64,000 nt of DNA from an uncultured Bacillota bacterium (lineage in GTDB: Bacteria > Bacillota_I > Bacilli_A > RF39 > UBA660): assembly GCA_946625165.1 (NCBI GenBank), contig CAMOSR010000001.1:7744-71743 (forward strand), in the 5' to 3' direction. Position numbers and translations under genes: made by a program. Shown in pieces: positions 62,019 through 64,000 of this stretch. How positions within the stretch are numbered: the first letter of the stretch is position 1; every line of letters begins with the position of its first letter. The notes beneath the pieces are model-generated. The model was given only the letters and a program-made list of their open reading frames with translations, made no database searches and was not told the origin of the DNA.

Positions 62019-64000
62019 TTAGATAGCTTTTTTCTTTTTGAAATAATAAATCACTCCAGCATCTATAGCTATGCAGGCTACAGCAACTATTATTAGAATA
62101 TTTGGTGTATTACTTGCTGTATTAGGAACTTTTACTTGAAGTTTATTTAACATTTCTACTTTTACAGTAGGCTTGCTGCCATCGACAGTAAACATAACTT
62201 TTTCAGTATTTAGAATATATCCTTTTGGAGCCATTGTTTCTACTAAATAGTAAGTTCCGTTTGGCATTCCTTCTATTTCGTATTGTTTATCTGTAGATAC
62301 CCATTTACATTCGGTATTTTTATTGCCGTTTTGATCAGTACAGTATTTTACTATTCTTCCGTAAATATCTTGTATTTCTAATGTCGCACCTGGTAGTTCT
62401 TTTTTATTTGTAGCACTAAGTTTAGAAATGACTACTTTATTAAGCGCGTTTTTCATAGCAACAGATGTTACATCTGAGTTTTCTTTTACTTCAAATTTTA
62501 CTTTTTCTTTATTTAGAACATATCTATCTGGAGCAAGAGTTTCTACTAAATAGTATACTCCTGTAGGTAATCCCTCTATTTCGTGTGGTTTATCTGTTGA
62601 TATCCATTTACATTCAGTGTCTTCATTACCTTCTTCATCTTTACAGTATTTTACTATGTTGCCATTTTCATCTTGAATTTCTAGGGTTGCACCTGGCACT
62701 TCTTCTCCACCTGTCATAGTTTGTTTTGATATAATTACTTTGTTATATGCATTTTTCATAATAACTGGTGCGCTGCTGACTGTTCCGTCTGATTTCACTT
62801 CAAATTTTATCTTTTCAGTGTTTAATGCATATCTTGATGGAGCTATTGTTTCTACTAGGTAATATGTTCCTCTTGGCATTCCTTCTATTTCGTATGGTTT
62901 ATCTGTTGATACCCATTTACATTCGGTATTTTTATTGCCTTTTTGATCAGTACAGTATTTTACTATTTTTCCGTTTTTATCTTGAATTTCTAGGGTTGCG
63001 CCTGGTACTTCAGCAGTACCTGTTATATTTTGTTTTGAAATAGTAACTTTTGTGAGTTTGTTTTTCATAGTAATGTTACTAGGTGTAACTGTCCCGTCTG
63101 GTTTTACTTCAAATGTTATTTCTTCTTTACTTAATACATATCCATTTGGAGCTTGAGTTTCGATTAATTTATATGTCCCTGGAACTAGTGTTTCGCTGTG
63201 CTGCGTGCTACTAGATGTCCAAGAAGCAACTATATTTCCTGCGCTATCTTTAATTTCTAGTTTAGCGCCTGGTAATTCAGCGGTGCCGGTAGCTGATGTT
63301 TTTGAAACATTTACTGTTCCTGTGTTTGCATTTAAAGTTAATTCACTAGCGACTGCCTCTGTTCCTGGATCATATTGTAATAAGCCTTGTAATGCTGTAT
63401 TGGTATGATCACATTTAGTAAAAGTTCCACCGTCTATTGCACTTGTCCCACTTATTGATAATTTTACATTGGTGTTGTTTGATACTGAACTTACTGGGAC
63501 TTTTACATAAACTGTCGCACCATTTGCAAAAGTAGTAGTTCCTGATGTTGCAGACTGATTAGTAGTTATAAAACCTGTATTTACCCTTGCAGTTAAATTA
63601 CCTGTAGTATTTGTTCCTGTAAGTTTTATAGGACTTGAAATATAATATTTTTTATCATTTGTTATTGTCATTGTTTTTGAGCTAACTGTTCCAGTAACTG
63701 AAGCATTGGCGTTTACAGCTGCGTTTGCGTCTTTAATAAGATTTCCTATCTTCTTAACAGTAGCACCATAATTTGACCATGTTCCGTTTTTAAATGGGGC
63801 TACCCACCCATCGTTTGGACTAGTATAGTACCATATAGCCATTTGAGTTATAAAATATCCTTCGTTGGCATCGCTTCCTAGCAATGACCCATTATTAAAT
63901 ATATATTTTAAGGCTTTTGTATTAGAACTATATGTATTACATTTTGTCCAATTATATCTATTGTTATCTAGTCCTGGTGAGCCAAGATGTGCGTCAGCAC
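62019..64000 (-). CDS. Sortase-anchored surface adhesin. N-terminal thioester-domain-like region, four tandem Cys-pair Ig-like repeats and a cell-wall sorting signal. 5' partial; the gene continues beyond the window end.
   Basis: FITQMAIWYY matches the thioester-domain TQxA(I/V)W motif. Four repeats of about 80 aa (PGATLEIQD.NG.IVKYC.D..GN..TECKW.STDK..EIEG.P.G.YYLVET.AP..Y) follow. C-terminus VPNTAS + hydrophobic segment + KKKKAI. The frame stays open to the last base of the window. Confidence 0.55.
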   Translation of the reverse strand, partial: ADAHLGSPGLDNNRYNWTKCNTYSSNTKALKYIFNNGSLLGSDANEGYFITQMAIWYYTSPNDGWVAPFKNGTWSNYGATVKKIGNLIKDANAAVNANASVTGTVSSKTMTITNDKKYYISSPIKLTGTNTTGNLTARVNTGFITTNQSATSGTTTFANGATVYVKVPVSSVSNNTNVKLSISGTSAIDGGTFTKCDHTNTALQGLLQYDPGTEAVASELTLNANTGTVNVSKTSATGTAELPGAKLEIKDSAGNIVASWTSSSTQHSETLVPGTYKLIETQAPNGYVLSKEEITFEVKPDGTVTPSNITMKNKLTKVTISKQNITGTAEVPGATLEIQDKNGKIVKYCTDQKGNKNTECKWVSTDKPYEIEGMPRGTYYLVETIAPSRYALNTEKIKFEVKSDGTVSSAPVIMKNAYNKVIISKQTMTGGEEVPGATLEIQDENGNIVKYCKDEEGNEDTECKWISTDKPHEIEGLPTGVYYLVETLAPDRYVLNKEKVKFEVKENSDVTSVAMKNALNKVVISKLSATNKKELPGATLEIQDIYGRIVKYCTDQNGNKNTECKWVSTDKQYEIEGMPNGTYYLVETMAPKGYILNTEKVMFTVDGSKPTVKVEMLNKLQVKVPNTASNTPNILIIVAVACIAIDAGVIYYFKKKKAI

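Noticed and set aside
62200-63200. Tandem repeats of about 240 nt as a possible noncoding repeat array
   Set aside because: The repeats are in-frame domain repeats inside the adhesin gene.

Overview
The window reads as a chromosomal segment of a low-GC (about 28%) endospore-forming Firmicute. Genes are densely packed and almost all lie on the minus strand.

Recognisable housekeeping genes: mutS, ackA, ftsY, ylxM, rnj, eno, galE, a phosphoketolase, lysS, thrS behind a T-box leader, dnaB-dnaI, a yebC-family regulator, rnc, yidD, uvrA, ftsK/spoIIIE, pnp, rpsO, truB and cysS.

Sporulation genes: gerM, gerE, spoIIIAH, a DacB/DacF-type carboxypeptidase, a PdaA-like deacetylase, ylbJ, spoIIAA, a SigF-like sigma factor and spoVAC-spoVAD-spoVAEB.

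Two tRNA genes are present, tRNA-Glu(CUC) and tRNA-Arg(UCU).

Between these sit several non-standard elements:
- a Tad/Flp-like pilus gene cluster next to a Cys-rich surface protein;
- four dispersed type IV pilin-like genes plus a PilB/GspE-type ATPase, with no platform protein or prepilin peptidase in the window;
- a roughly 2.3 kb islet bounded by a 26 bp duplication of the tRNA-Glu 3' end, carrying only a transglutaminase-like cysteine-protease gene;
- an orphan soluble VirD4/TraG-like coupling-protein homolog with a degenerate Walker B, sitting between truB and rpsO;
- spoIIAA fused directly to the SigF-like gene with no spoIIAB;
- a DUF4116 gene bracketed by identical 21 bp hairpin repeats;
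- a likely homopolymer frameshift at the start of the deacetylase;
- a C-terminal MscS remnant;
- a sortase-anchored adhesin with a thioester-domain motif and near-identical tandem repeats, running off the window end.

No CRISPR array, integrase or transposase other than one Rpn-family nuclease gene was seen.
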